Positions 24,175 to 36,161 of a stretch of DNA of 64,000 nucleotides are shown here, piece after piece. The stretch lies in assembly GCF_001194135.2 (NCBI RefSeq), contig NC_068993.1, positions 17,783,785-17,847,784 on the forward strand, given 5' to 3'. How positions within the stretch are numbered: the stretch's first letter is position 1; the number at the start of each line of letters is the position of its first letter. Below the pieces are notes generated by a model. The model saw only the letters and a program-made list of their open reading frames with translations, searched no databases and was not told the DNA's origin. Made by a program: the position numbers and the translations under genes. This DNA comes from Octopus bimaculoides. Taxonomy: Eukaryota.

Positions 24175-24464
24175 GTAATAAACAACTTTTCAATTAATTC
24201 TTGTGTCGTTAATTATTGTTACTAGCTGTAATTTTTTTTATGTGCATTTTTAACAAGATAACTAATAACATAAATAGCTATCTATTGATCTGTTTGTCTA
24301 TCTTTATGTTCCTATCTATCTATCTAGCCATCCATCTGGCCGTCAGTCTATCTATTCATCTATTGATCTGTCTGGTGTTCTGTTTAACTGTCTTACTCTC
24401 TACATCTATCTATCTATGTATCTATCCATCTATCTATCTATATATATATATATGTGTGTGTGTG

Positions 24465-25351
24465 TAAGGTCTGATCAATAAGTATCCGGACTGTTGCCAT
24501 AGTAACAAAGCTAAAGCATGCAGAGTGAAGCCGCTTGGCACAGATTGACCTTGAACTCTGTTGTGCATATGCACTAAATTTTAACATTCTAGCTCACTTC
24601 TGCTATTTACAGCAGTGCTTGGAAGGAAGATGTGTAGCATGTGATCATTGCATTGACCATGACAGAGAAAGTTGTCATGGCGATACCTGCTCAGAGGCCA
24701 AGAAAGAATTTCAGAAAGTGTATGGAGAGGAATGTAAAGCCACACACAAGTGTACGAGTGGTTCAGATGTTTCCAAGATGGCCGAAAATTGTCAATATTG
24801 ACGAACGTTCTTGGAGACCCACAACGGGCGGAAAACATCACTGACGTGCATGCAGCTATGAGGGAAAATTGTCGAATTACCATCCATGAGTTATCAGAGG
24901 ATGTGCAGATTAGTTCCGGTTCAGTTCAGTCCATTATCACTGAAAATATGGGTTTAAGACATGTGTCTGCCAAGGTTGTGCCAGAACTGCTTTCAGCTGA
25001 CCAAAAAGACACTCGGGTTTCAGTTGCACAAGATCTCCTGGATTGTTTCAAGAACAATGAAAACTTTTTGAAAACTTTGTGTAGGCCTCTGAGCAGGTAT
25101 CACCAAGTTTTTGTCAAAATCTGATGCAGCTTCTCTGCTCAGCTTTCTCTGTTGTGGTCATTGCAATGATCACATGCTACACACCTTCCTTTCAAGCACT
25201 GCTGTAAACAACAGAAGTGAGCTAAAATGTTAAAAATTAGTGAGCATGCACTGCAGAATTCGAGGTCTATCTGTGCCAAGTGGCTTCACTCTCCATGCTT
25301 TAGATTCGTTACTGTAGCAACAGTCCAGATACTTATTGATCAGACCATGTA
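24465..25351 (+). mobile_element. Non-autonomous mariner with ~250-275-bp inverted arms and an N-terminal transposase remnant
   Basis: Left arm 24466-~24710 and right arm ~25073-25349 are reverse complements. ORF 24750-25124 (YEWFRCFQDGR...ENCRITIHELSEDVQIS...AKVVPELLS) is a mariner HTH plus linker and stops before the catalytic D. Confidence 0.9.
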
Positions 25352-25377
25352 TATATATATATGTGTGTGTGTGTGTG

Positions 25378-25410
<33 letters not shown>

Positions 25411-25886
25411 TTATCTATCTGTCTGTCTAAATTGTATATGACTAATTAATAAAATGTCTAATTTTAATTTAACTTTGCTAATTTGAAATTATTTAACTCT
25501 TCCTTTCTCTCTTTCACCACTTAACTATATTTATGTGGGTATGTATAGGGGGGACGGGAATTAGATAATGTATAAGGTACAGATATTTTATTAAATGTCT
25601 GGACAGGATATTACATTCAACTTAGTGAACTACCGAATAACTACCAAATCTGCATGCTGTGTGGTATTAACATTCCTCTATTGCTTAATGTTTTTGAATC
25701 CAAGGCAAGGATCACACACACACACACACATATGCATTTCTTACTTACTGTCTAAGACAAATCAGAGTACCATGTTTCATCTGTACATTCCAGTTTGGCA
25801 TTGTTTCTAAGGCTGGATGCACTTCCTTATACCAACTACTTTACAAGAGTTGTCATATATGTGTGTTGAGAAAGAAACATAGATGG

Positions 25887-25917
<31 letters not shown>

Positions 25918-26129
25918 TCAAAAAAATCCCTTCTCAAGCCATAGACTCATAAGGCTGGTTTCCTGAATTCTGTTGGGGTATATATTCCTACTCCAGAACA
26001 GGATGTTGATCCATTGCAAGATTATTCATTTTTGCCAGCTGAATGGACAGGAGCAATGTGAAATGAAGTGTTTTACTCAAGAACACAGCGTGTTGCCCGG
26101 TCCAGGAATCGAAACCATAATCTTATGAT

Positions 26130-26194
26130 CATGAGTGCAACACATGAGTGCAACACATGAGTGCAACACATGAGTGCAACACATGAGTGCAACA
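26130..26194. repeat. (CATGAGTGCAACA)5 tandem inside a family A head
   Basis: Five perfect 13-mers. Confidence 0.95.
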
Positions 26195-26748
26195 CACCAT
26201 AACCACTTAGTCACATGCCCTTACATATACCTGCATACACACATACACATATACATGCATACATACATACACACATATATACATACATGTATACATACAT
26301 GCATGCGTACATACACACATACATATATGTATGTGTTCATTCATTTTATGTCCATTTTTCCATGTTAACATTGGTTGGGCAAATATTGAGGCATTGTTTT
26401 GCAGACGAATGACCATGTGTGTGTTTGTGTGTAAGTGTATACATATATATGTATGCATGCACACACATACACACACACATTTTAATTAAGTACTGCCAGG
26501 TAATAAAATAATTTTCAATTCTTAATAATAGAGGGTTTCTTTTCCTTTGAACTGTGTCTCTTATTTAGTACCAGTCTGAGGATTAAATGTTTTTAAGACT
26601 ATTAAAGTGGTTTAATGATGACTTTATAGTATCGAATATAGTCTGGTGGTTCATTGGTCTGTCGTTCAACTACTATAAGGATCTTTTCGCATATCCGACT
26701 CTTTAAAATAGAGAAATATTTAGTAGCACCATCATCATCATTTAACAT

Positions 26749-26823
26749 CCATACTGGCATTGGTTGTCCATACTGGCATTGGTTGTCCATACTGGCATTG
26801 GTTGTCCATACTGGCATTGGTTG
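26749..26823. repeat. (CCATACTGGCATTGGTTGT) x~4 tandem inside a family E element
   Basis: Three perfect 19-mers plus a near-complete fourth. Confidence 0.95.
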
Positions 26824-28234
26824 GATGGTTTGACCAGAGCTAACAAGCTGGGGTGCTGCACCAAATTCCAGTCTGATTTGGCATGGTTTCTACAGCTGGA
26901 TGCCCTTCCTAATGCTAACCACTTTACAGAGTGTGCTGGGGGCTTTTACCTGGCACTGCACGGGCACTTCGACATGATGCCACACAAGCACTTTGACACG
27001 GCACCACATGGGCACTGTTGCATGGCACCACATGGGCACTTGCACATGGCACTGCACAGGCTACATGATGTATATGTATGTACATGCTTGTATTCATGTA
27101 TGCATTAATTGATGTCAAGATATTAATTAGCATCTTCTCTCTACACCTGGTATCATGTCACCTTCTTCAATACTACACCCACACTTAGTTGAGGGTGGCA
27201 CGGTCTTGTCTTGTGAGTTATATAGAGACTTCACTAATGCTGGTGCCATGTAAAATGTACCCAGTACACTATGTAAAGTGGCTGGTGTTATGAAGAGCAT
27301 CCAGCCAGGGAGACCTTGCTGCAGCAGACAATGGATGTTGATCTAACCTACTGGCTCATAAGCTGATGATGATAATGATGGTGATGCTGATGATGATGAT
27401 GAAAGCATCATTTTGCAGTGAAGATTTTTCTGGTCTTTTGGTTATGGTCTCCAAATTATCCAAAGCGGTGTTTATAGAGGATCATATATATGTTTTGAAC
27501 TCAAGATTCAATAGTTCAGACAATGGGGTAGGGGGGAGGGGGAGTATTAAGAACCGTCCAAAATAGAGTTAGTTGCATTGTTGCATTTAATGTACTTAGT
27601 CTCGGTGGTTCATTCAGTGTGTTTAGTAGCACCAATACATTTAGTATACTTCAATTATTGATCCATAATGATTGGAACTGAAATTCCACTTCACCCTATG
27701 ATCGTATTTATTACAAAATGCATGTCAAGTTGGTGCAGCATTTGACTCTTGAGTATTTTATTTATTGATTAATTTATTGATTTAGACTAGTTATGATTAC
27801 TTGATCACCGAACCAGCATTTATAAAATGCTAAGTTTTCTGCGTTTGATTATACAAATTGTGTTATAAATTATGTTAATTATTTCTCAAGAAAAGTTTCT
27901 TTTCTTGACAGACCCATCTTCTATTTGCTATTTGCCATCTCTAATTATCAGAACAGCTATTAACAGTCTTCTACCCACTTTAATCCTGTCTAATAGCTTC
28001 CATGTATTCCTAACACTTGAATTAATTTAAGAATTGGGTAACTACTCATAAAATATTTATAGGTGCCCAAGCATGGCCACAACCAGCAGGCTGGAACCAA
28101 TAAAAGAGTAATTTAAGAAATGCTTTGATTATATCTTTTGTTTTACTTGCTTCAGTCATTAAACTGCAGCCATGCTGGAGCAACAGATAACTACCAACAT
28201 AACATTTTGTTCGCAATTATCCAACACACTTTAA

Positions 28235-28444
28235 CCCTTTAGTATTTAATCAGGCCTGAATATTCTATCTGTTTTATGCTAAAACTGACCAGATCCAACT
28301 TCTCACACCTACCCTACAATGTCATTCTAAAAATATAGTAACACACAATTGAAACCTTGAAGCTACAAGATAATGTGTGATTAATTCAAAACAGTGCGAA
28401 TAAATAAGCAATGCATTTGATAAAGAGATATAAATGCTAAAAAG
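28235..28444. mobile_element. piggyBac-type MITE (P1)
   Basis: TTAA|CCCTTTAGTATT ... AATGCTAAAAAG|TTAA. Confidence 0.8.
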
Positions 28445-28690
28445 TTAATTCACTCATGCCAGACAAAGTTTCACCATTCCTCCTGCTTGATATTCCATGC
28501 AAAATGGAATATAATGTCTGAAGTTCTCTTTCTGTTCTAATATTCCTCTCAGTTACAAACCTTTGACCATTCCAACCCAAAGTCAAGATATACAACAAAT
28601 ATTCCAAATTGTACTAAACTCTTCTTAAAATTAGAAAATTACTATTTTTAAATCTCACAATGAGAGATATTCAGCAACAGTACTATGGAG

Positions 28691-28964
28691 TAAAGATTTT
28701 TGCCAACATAACATGGCAGTCCTGGTTTAGGACGAATGTTGCTGTAATTTAGCCCCAGGAGACATCGTCTCCTGCTGGCCATGCAACACGATCTGTATCC
28801 TTATATTTTCAAACAAGGGAATCTAGCACCCCCACTCAGCTCAAAACAATATAAGGACACAGATCGTGTCGTATAGCCAGCTGGAGATGATGTCTCCTGG
28901 GGTTAAATTACTGCAACATTCATCCTAAACCAGGACTGCCATGTTATGTTGGCAAAAATCTTTA
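28691..28964. repeat. Foldback or MITE-like inverted repeat, 117-bp arms, 40-nt spacer
   Basis: Arms 28691-28807 and 28848-28964. The outer 42 bp are perfectly complementary; 9 mismatches in total. Confidence 0.93.
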
Positions 28965-29073
28965 TTCTTAAAATGTCCAAATATTAGTTTTAAGAATTAT
29001 TTGTTTAATCATCAAATTGTAAGTCTTGACTATGTTTTATTAGACTATTTTCAACACTTCCATTTCATTGCAG

Positions 29074-29208
29074 GTATCAGCCAATCCTATGTTAGTCGAT
29101 ACTTACGTGGTGAGTTCACAGAGATGTCCGAACGCTGTCGAAGAGCAATGTATGCTTGGTATGTTTCTCATAGGCAGCGCTTAGCCAGGGCACCTAGGTT
29201 CAGTTACG
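29074..29208 (+). CDS. HMBOX1: HMBOX1-like exon 3, POU-like domain
   Basis: catttcattgcag| and TACG|gtaagt; 135 nt, phase 1 to 1. Reads GISQSYVSRYLRGEFTEMSERCRRAMYAWYVSHRQRLARAPRFSY, similar to HMBOX1 GISQSRISHWL...KKRAFYRWY. Confidence 0.93.
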
Positions 29209-30207
29209 GTAAGTTTTCACATGAATTTTGTAAGAAGTTTTCATTGTTTGTTTCTTGTCCTCTTCTCAATGTAAACATCTTAAAATCAAATTCACCAACA
29301 TTCACTTGTTGTCACCAACATTCACTTGTTTCCAAGCAAGCTAATATTTCCATATGGCCAGATATGTTTTTTTTACAGAAGATTGGAAATACACAATGTT
29401 GCTTGTATAACAATCGATGCTCACTTACAACTGTCACAAAATGTTTGTTAAGACAAAGGTACACACACATATATGTAAGGTTTTGTTTGGCTTTTATCTA
29501 GATACTGAATTTAATTTTCAGTGACTTAATTCCCTTAACCATAAATAGATGCTTTTCTTTTATAGCAAGAGGGCCACCATAACTGATGGGTGCCAAAGAA
29601 AAGGTAGCAAAGTCTCTGAAGATATCCCTTAGTGTCTGTTACATAAGCCATTACCAGTGGTCTGTTATAGCCCCCTGTTGTTATTTTGGTGGCATGCCAT
29701 TCACTAGTTTGTCTTGTCATTTGAGAATACATGTGGGGGATGACTTTGGGGACAAAATGAGATCAAGGAAGAACTGCAATCCAACAGTACTGAACCTAGA
29801 ACAAATTTTCCATTGCGACTGCTACAGCTGGGTCAGCCTGCCTCTTTTGGCTTCATCAGCTACCAGCAATCCAGCAGTCAAGCCATGATAATAGAAGTAT
29901 AAACTCTGCAGTCAAAACATCAGGAAAATATATTGATCAGCAAATATTCCTGCATTTTTCTCTGTGGTAACCATAAACCATACCTAAGGGAGACAATTAT
30001 GATTGGGGTTTTTTTTTAAGTGAATTTATTTTACTTCAATCGGTATCAGGTTACTTTAATCCTACCATATTCCTTTATTACCATTTTTGACAGTGACAGA
30101 TAATATTCCTGTCAAAAATAACAAATAAGGAAGCTTGTATGTGATTCCAGATTAGAGTAGCTGCGTTTGAATGAGAGAGAAAGTGAGACTCGTGTGTGTG
30201 TGTTTGA

Positions 30208-30244
<37 letters not shown>

Positions 30245-30965
30245 AGAGAGAAAGTGAGAGGAAGAAACAGTCTGAATATGTTTGTTCTGTGTGTTCAAGC
30301 TCTTACCATATTTTCTGGCCTACATGTCAGCGTGTTTTCTAAGTTGAGGTAGATTGTTCAATGTTTAAGCCTACACACATTGTATAAGACAACCCACCGT
30401 TTTTGTTCACAGGCTTTTCTTGAGAAATCAGGACATTATTGGGGCTGGGATGGATCGGATCACCAGAACTTGCACAAGGGACATAGGGGAATGGAAGATT
30501 TCACAACAGGATATAAAAAGTTGAAAGAAAAAAAAAAAGATTTCTACTTGAAATAATGTTTAACTATTTCAAATTTAATTTTTAGTATTTTCCTTTTTTC
30601 ACAATTATAATCACACTTCAGTATGAACACCAAGTTAGGGAAAAGTGGATTAACAATTTACTAAAATTTTTGTCCTATACTGTCGCGGTGGACCTGAAGG
30701 GTAAACACTGTCGATATCTTTCCAAATCCTACTGTATTTAACATGAAATTTGGTCCTCCTAAGTCGTCTTGAAGTATAATTTGAAGTATAATTTGACCTA
30801 CCATTTTTAGTGGTGAATTTTGGTCTACAGAAATTTGATTTGTGTATCAGAAAATATGGTAATTCCAAATGTTAAAATTCAGCAGAATTGTGAGAACACA
30901 TCACAAAACTGTTTGAAATTGTTTTGTGTGTTTGTATTTGTGACAGAATTCTTCTATACTTACAG

Positions 30966-31163
30966 GTACAAATGGCTTTAAAGGTATGCTATCTTCTGGT
31001 GGAGACGCTATGGATATTCAATTTACTCCAAAGAGGGAAAGGTTTACATTCCGAGAAAAACATCTAGAAGTTTTGGAAGCTTACTTCAAAGAGAATCAGT
31101 ATCCATCTATGGAACTTCGTGAAGAGATTGCACACCTGTGTAATATGGCTCTCAGTAGCACAG
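30966..31163 (+). CDS. HMBOX1: HMBOX1-like exon 4, homeodomain helices 1-2
   Basis: cttctatacttacag| and ACAG|gtaaga; 198 nt, phase 1 to 1. Reads ...PKRERFTFREKHLEVLEAYFKENQYPSMELREEIAHLCNMALSST. Confidence 0.94.
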
Positions 31164-31264
31164 GTAAGATATTTTATTTCCTCTTGAACTTAACTGATTA
31201 TTATCATGAAATCTGTGAAAATGGAACTGACCTAATATAACTGGAAGCATGAGAAGTTCATATA

Positions 31265-31408
31265 CAGGGGTGGGCAAAAGTAGGTATACAGTTGCTTGAT
31301 ATGAGTGGAATGTTCTTTTTATTTCTCTATTTTTTTTCTTCAAGATAAGAATTCTAAGAACATTCCATTCATATTAAGTAACTGTATACCTACTTTTGCC
31401 CATCTCTG
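31265..31408. mobile_element. Tc1/mariner-type MITE with 52-bp inverted arms
   Basis: TA|CAGGGGTGGGCAAAAGTAGGTATACAGTT...AACTGTATACCTACTTTTGCCCATCTCTG|TA; TA TSD on both sides. Confidence 0.9.
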
Positions 31409-34400
31409 TATTTACTAGTAATGGTTTCAAATTTTGACTCAAGGACAGCAATTTTATGGGGTGGGGGTATAAATCACATACACTGATCCCAGTGCTCAAC
31501 TGGTACTTATTTTATCGACCCTGTAAAGATGGTGGAATTGAACTTAGAATGTGAAGAGTTGGAAGAACTGAAAAGTATTTGTCCCACATGCTAATGATTC
31601 TGCCAGCTTACTGCCTTATATTTATTAATAATATCTGGAACTTCATTTAATCAGCTATACTCAACCTTGTGTCATGATTGTCTGAAAATCTCACATTTCC
31701 TGTTAATGACTGATTGATATGTTTTGATTGATATGTTTTGCAAATTCGGCTTCATATTACATATGTTGAAGAATGAACAAATAAAGATAGAGAGATCTCT
31801 TTAGTCTTGCTAAAGACAAGACAACCTCTCCAGTACTGGTTGCTATGATAAAACACACCCAGTACACTCTATAAAGTGGTTGGCAGCAGGAAGATCATCC
31901 GGTCGTAGAAACTATACTTAAATAAGGAATGCATGGGTGTGACATGGTACCAAACATGTCCAGGTCTGCAGTAACTCTTAATGCAATTTAACTTGAACTG
32001 TATTAGCCTTTCCAGCCTATGCCAGCATAGGAAAATGTATGCAAAAACGATGGTGATGGTAGTCTCAGTGGAGACAACAACAGTGGTCGAGGTGGTAGAT
32101 ATGAAAGGAAGAAAAAAAGTGTTATTAGGAATAATGAATATCAGAAGTTATTTATCCTTTTGTAACTTTTCTGAAATCTTTTATGTAGACAAAAAACCTT
32201 CTTGTTTCTTAAAAACTGTTGGTGTTACATATTTGTACTGAAAATCAGGATCACACAAGTATTTACATATCAGATCCATATAAAGTTGTCTTCTTTATTG
32301 GATTGGTAAATGTTTAATTTTATTATCATCATTTAACAGCCATGTTCTCTGCTGATTTGATAAGATTAAATGGGCTCAAGGACTGCATAGTGCCTCAGTG
32401 TCTTCTTTGCAATGGTTTTTACAAATGGATACCCTTCCTAATGCCAACCATTTTACAGCATGTACTAGGTGCTTTTTTTATGACTCAACCACTTGTAAGG
32501 TCACCATGCTGCTTGCAAGACTGCAAACTCCAAGGGGGCAGGATACGCTAAAAGGTGAGGGACACAAAGGGATAAAGTGTGAGGAAAAAAGAGCCAGAGT
32601 AGAACAGGTTGCTTGCTATAGAGATGCTATATAACTCCTCACATTTTTAGAAAAGAAAGAGGAAGTGATTAGGTGGAACTGAAAGGTTATAAAAGATAGA
32701 ATATGAACATTAAAAGGAATTGAATGATGTTTCTCTTGTAAAAGTGGAAAATAATTTTTATATAATTTCAGTATTATATCTTGGCTCGCAGAATCATTAG
32801 CACATGGGGCAAAATGCTTAGTCATATTTCATGTCTTTAAAATTTATGTTCAGAGTTCAAATCTTGCTGAGGTTAACTTTGCCTTTCATCCTTTCAGGAT
32901 TTTTAAAATAAGTATGAGTTGAACACTGGGGTTATGCAAAATTTGAAATCAATATCATCTCTTGATGAGGTGTATTGAAATAATTTCTAACTTTAGCACA
33001 AGGCTGTATATTGGTAGCGTACCTTATGAAGGACAAAATCCCAAGTTAACCCTGAAAGTAGTTGAATTTAAAATAATAAACAATTTAACTAAATACTAGA
33101 AGTCACTCTACTGATTTTGTTACCCTTCCACTCTTCAGATGCATTTAAGATAATAATCATATATAATGGCTATAAATTGAATAACATCTTTCGGTTTTAC
33201 TTTTTGCTCATTAGAGTGGATATTTCTCTGGAGGTTACCTGTTTTGAAAATTTGATGAGAACAGGTGTTTCTGTTAGAGGAATACTTATAATATAACACA
33301 TACCAATAACTTTGCATACACTGCATTTCATATACTATCATAGTGTGTCTCTGCGTGTGTGTGTGTGTGTGTGTGTGAAGCATCTTATATATTAACATTG
33401 CATACACAATCAGATATAAGTATGTAACCTATTAGCATACTGTTGAATACTACTCAATCATTTGGCTGTTGTCTTATAATGTGAAGGTGCGTGGCTTAGT
33501 GGTTCAGGCATTTGGCTCATGATTGTAAGGTCTTGAGTTCAATTCCTGGCAACAGGTTGTGTCCTTGAGCTAGGCACTTTATTTCACATTGCTCCAGTCC
33601 ACTCAGCTGGCAAAAATGAATAGTACCTGTATTTTGAAGGGCCAGACTTGTCACACTTTGTGTCACAGTGAACATCCCTGAGAACTACGTTAAGAGCACA
33701 CGTGTCTGTGGAGTTCTCAGCCCCTTGCACGTTAATTTCACTTATCAGCTGGGACCTTCATCGTTGTAACCGAAGGAGTGCTCCCTGTCATATAATAATG
33801 TTGAGATTGATTAGGTTAGAATGAAAATTCTTTTATCATGTACAATATTATGACACGTGCACTGACATGTGGTCAATACAGCTAAGAGATAGATTCAGTA
33901 GTGTGAAAAAAAACAGGTAATGTTAACAAGATAAATCTCATGTTAGTCACACACATTTGGATGACAGCCGGTGTGTAGATGACAGGTACAGCACTAGTAT
34001 AGAGATAATTAATGAAGAAGACTGAATAGTTTGAAATAGTTTATGGGAACAGAAACATCAGAAATATAAGTGGGTACTTGTGTTTTGGATGTATTATAGT
34101 AGTAATAGCAATACTTTTTTTTAACAGTCTGCATAACTTCAACTAACTAAATACTTTATTTTATAATATTTATCTCAACCATGCAGTACTAAAAGTTTTT
34201 CTACACATTACTGCTTCATCTAAACTTCTTCAAATTTCAAAGGACGTAAAAGACTTTTACACACGTGGGAAAATTTGACTGGGGACTGTTGCTGCTGCTA
34301 CCTACGGTTGCTTTCAGAATAAGTGAGGGAGGGGAGAGAGTTTATACTAAGAAATAGAAGAGAGGGTGAAGATTCTCTTTAAGGGGGCAGAACTGCTTCA

Positions 34401-34695
34401 GGGTTTATAATTTTTTCACAACCACTGAAGCAAGAGGTGCTCTTCACAACCGCTGGTTCGTGAGATGGTTGTGATCTGTAATCCATTTTGTGTAAGAACC
34501 AGAAAGAGAAGTATGAACATGCAATGTGCATCTGCACACTGAATTCATGAAACAGAAGAGAAGTATACAAACACAATGTGCATGTCAAAATAAAATGGAG
34601 GAGTTATATGATGGTCTGCATGCCACACCTGACACCACTGTCATGCAGCTTTGCTGCAATTTTCTTGTTTTATTATTATTATTATTGTTGTTGTT

Positions 34696-34754
<59 letters not shown>

Positions 34755-35124
34755 GGCAGTGAGCTGGCAGAATCGTTAGCATGCTGGATGAAATGTTTAG
34801 TGGTATTTCACCTGTCACTCCAGTCTGAGTTCAATTTCCACCAAGGTTGACTTAGCCTTTCATCCTTTCAGGGTCGATAAAATAAGTACCAGTTGAACAC
34901 TGGGGTCAATGTAATCAACTCATTCCCTCCCTCAAAATTACTGCCCTTATGGCAAAATTTTAAACCATCATCATTATTATTATTATTTGAATAAGAGAGT
35001 ATTCTAGTTCGCTTGAAGCATTGTGTATTGTTTGTAAAGAATAAAAAGTTTTGAATGGTACAACAATGCACTATAATACAAAAAATGGACTGTATACCTG
35101 TTGTAACTTGGTAAACTATAGTCT

Positions 35125-35160
35125 GATGATATTTCGGAATTAGAATTCCTTCTTCAGATC
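35125..35160 (-). ncRNA. Minimal type-I hammerhead-like motif (Penelope-type)
   Basis: Minus strand GAU-CUGAAGA-A-GGAAUUCUAAUUCC-GAAA-U-AUC/AUC. The core is intact but stem I is only 3 bp. Confidence 0.45.
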
Positions 35161-36161
35161 TTATTTGCTGGAGACTCTGCTTGAAGTTTTTTTCTTATGA
35201 AAGAGCATATGAAGTAATATTTCCATATAATCTTTTTTTTATAAGTGTCCTAATAGTTGTTTTTTGTTTTTCTTACCACAATTATTAAAACTTGGAAGGT
35301 TCTCAGATAAATTCTCTTCTAGGAATTAGAAACAACATTCTTTATATCATTTTCCCTGGAAATCAATGAAGGAGTATTTTCTTCTCTGTTTTTTTTTTTT
35401 AATTGAAAAAAGAAAAATCTTTTCTCTGTGCTTAGTGCCATGTTGTTTATTTAACGTTTTATTTAATGCTCTGCCCAGATATTATTTCTATAGAAAAACT
35501 CATTGTTTTTTTCATCATCAGACTAAAAATAGTTATGTTGTCTGCAAATTTTGGTCTGTCAGTGCAGCCACAGATGGCATTGCAAACAGGCACATAGAGA
35601 GAATACAAAAAACAGTTTTGTACTGTGTCTGCTCCCTTATTTAAAAAGATATATACTTACTATCCTTAATAATTTGTGGTCTGTTGGTTAGAGAAGTATT
35701 GAATCAGCCTGCAGGTGGAATTGTCTGGTCAGAGATCTGAAACAATCAGCACCAGCTTTGATAAGAAGATGGTATTAAAAGCTGGGCTGTATTTTGCAAG
35801 AAATAGTTTTACATAGTTATTATGGTAAATGTGTGCATCGAGATTTGTGTAAAATAATACATAATGCATTTTATGTCAACTAAATTTCTCAGTAGGTAAA
35901 CCATACCTGTTGCTAACAAATTAAATATACAAGTAAAGATGACAAATGTGGAGTAAAATATAAAGACGGCAGATGTTCGTGTTTTCCCAACAGTGTAGAT
36001 TGATTGTAACTTACTGAACTGTCAATAATACGGACCAAATTTGAATATAAGCCATAAAAATAATTAAAAAATTATGCACAGGGGAGATAACCCACATTCC
36101 ATCCAAAATAATGGGAGATAACTTCTAGTGATTAGAAATAAAGATAAAATTAAAATATTTA

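Noticed and set aside
24535-24883. ORFs 24535-24801, 24581-24883 and 24641-24844 as genes
   Set aside because: They are alternative frames of the frameshifted mariner remnant.
26130-26823. CRISPR-like arrays
   Set aside because: The repeats are contiguous with no unique spacers, and the context is eukaryotic SINE sequence.
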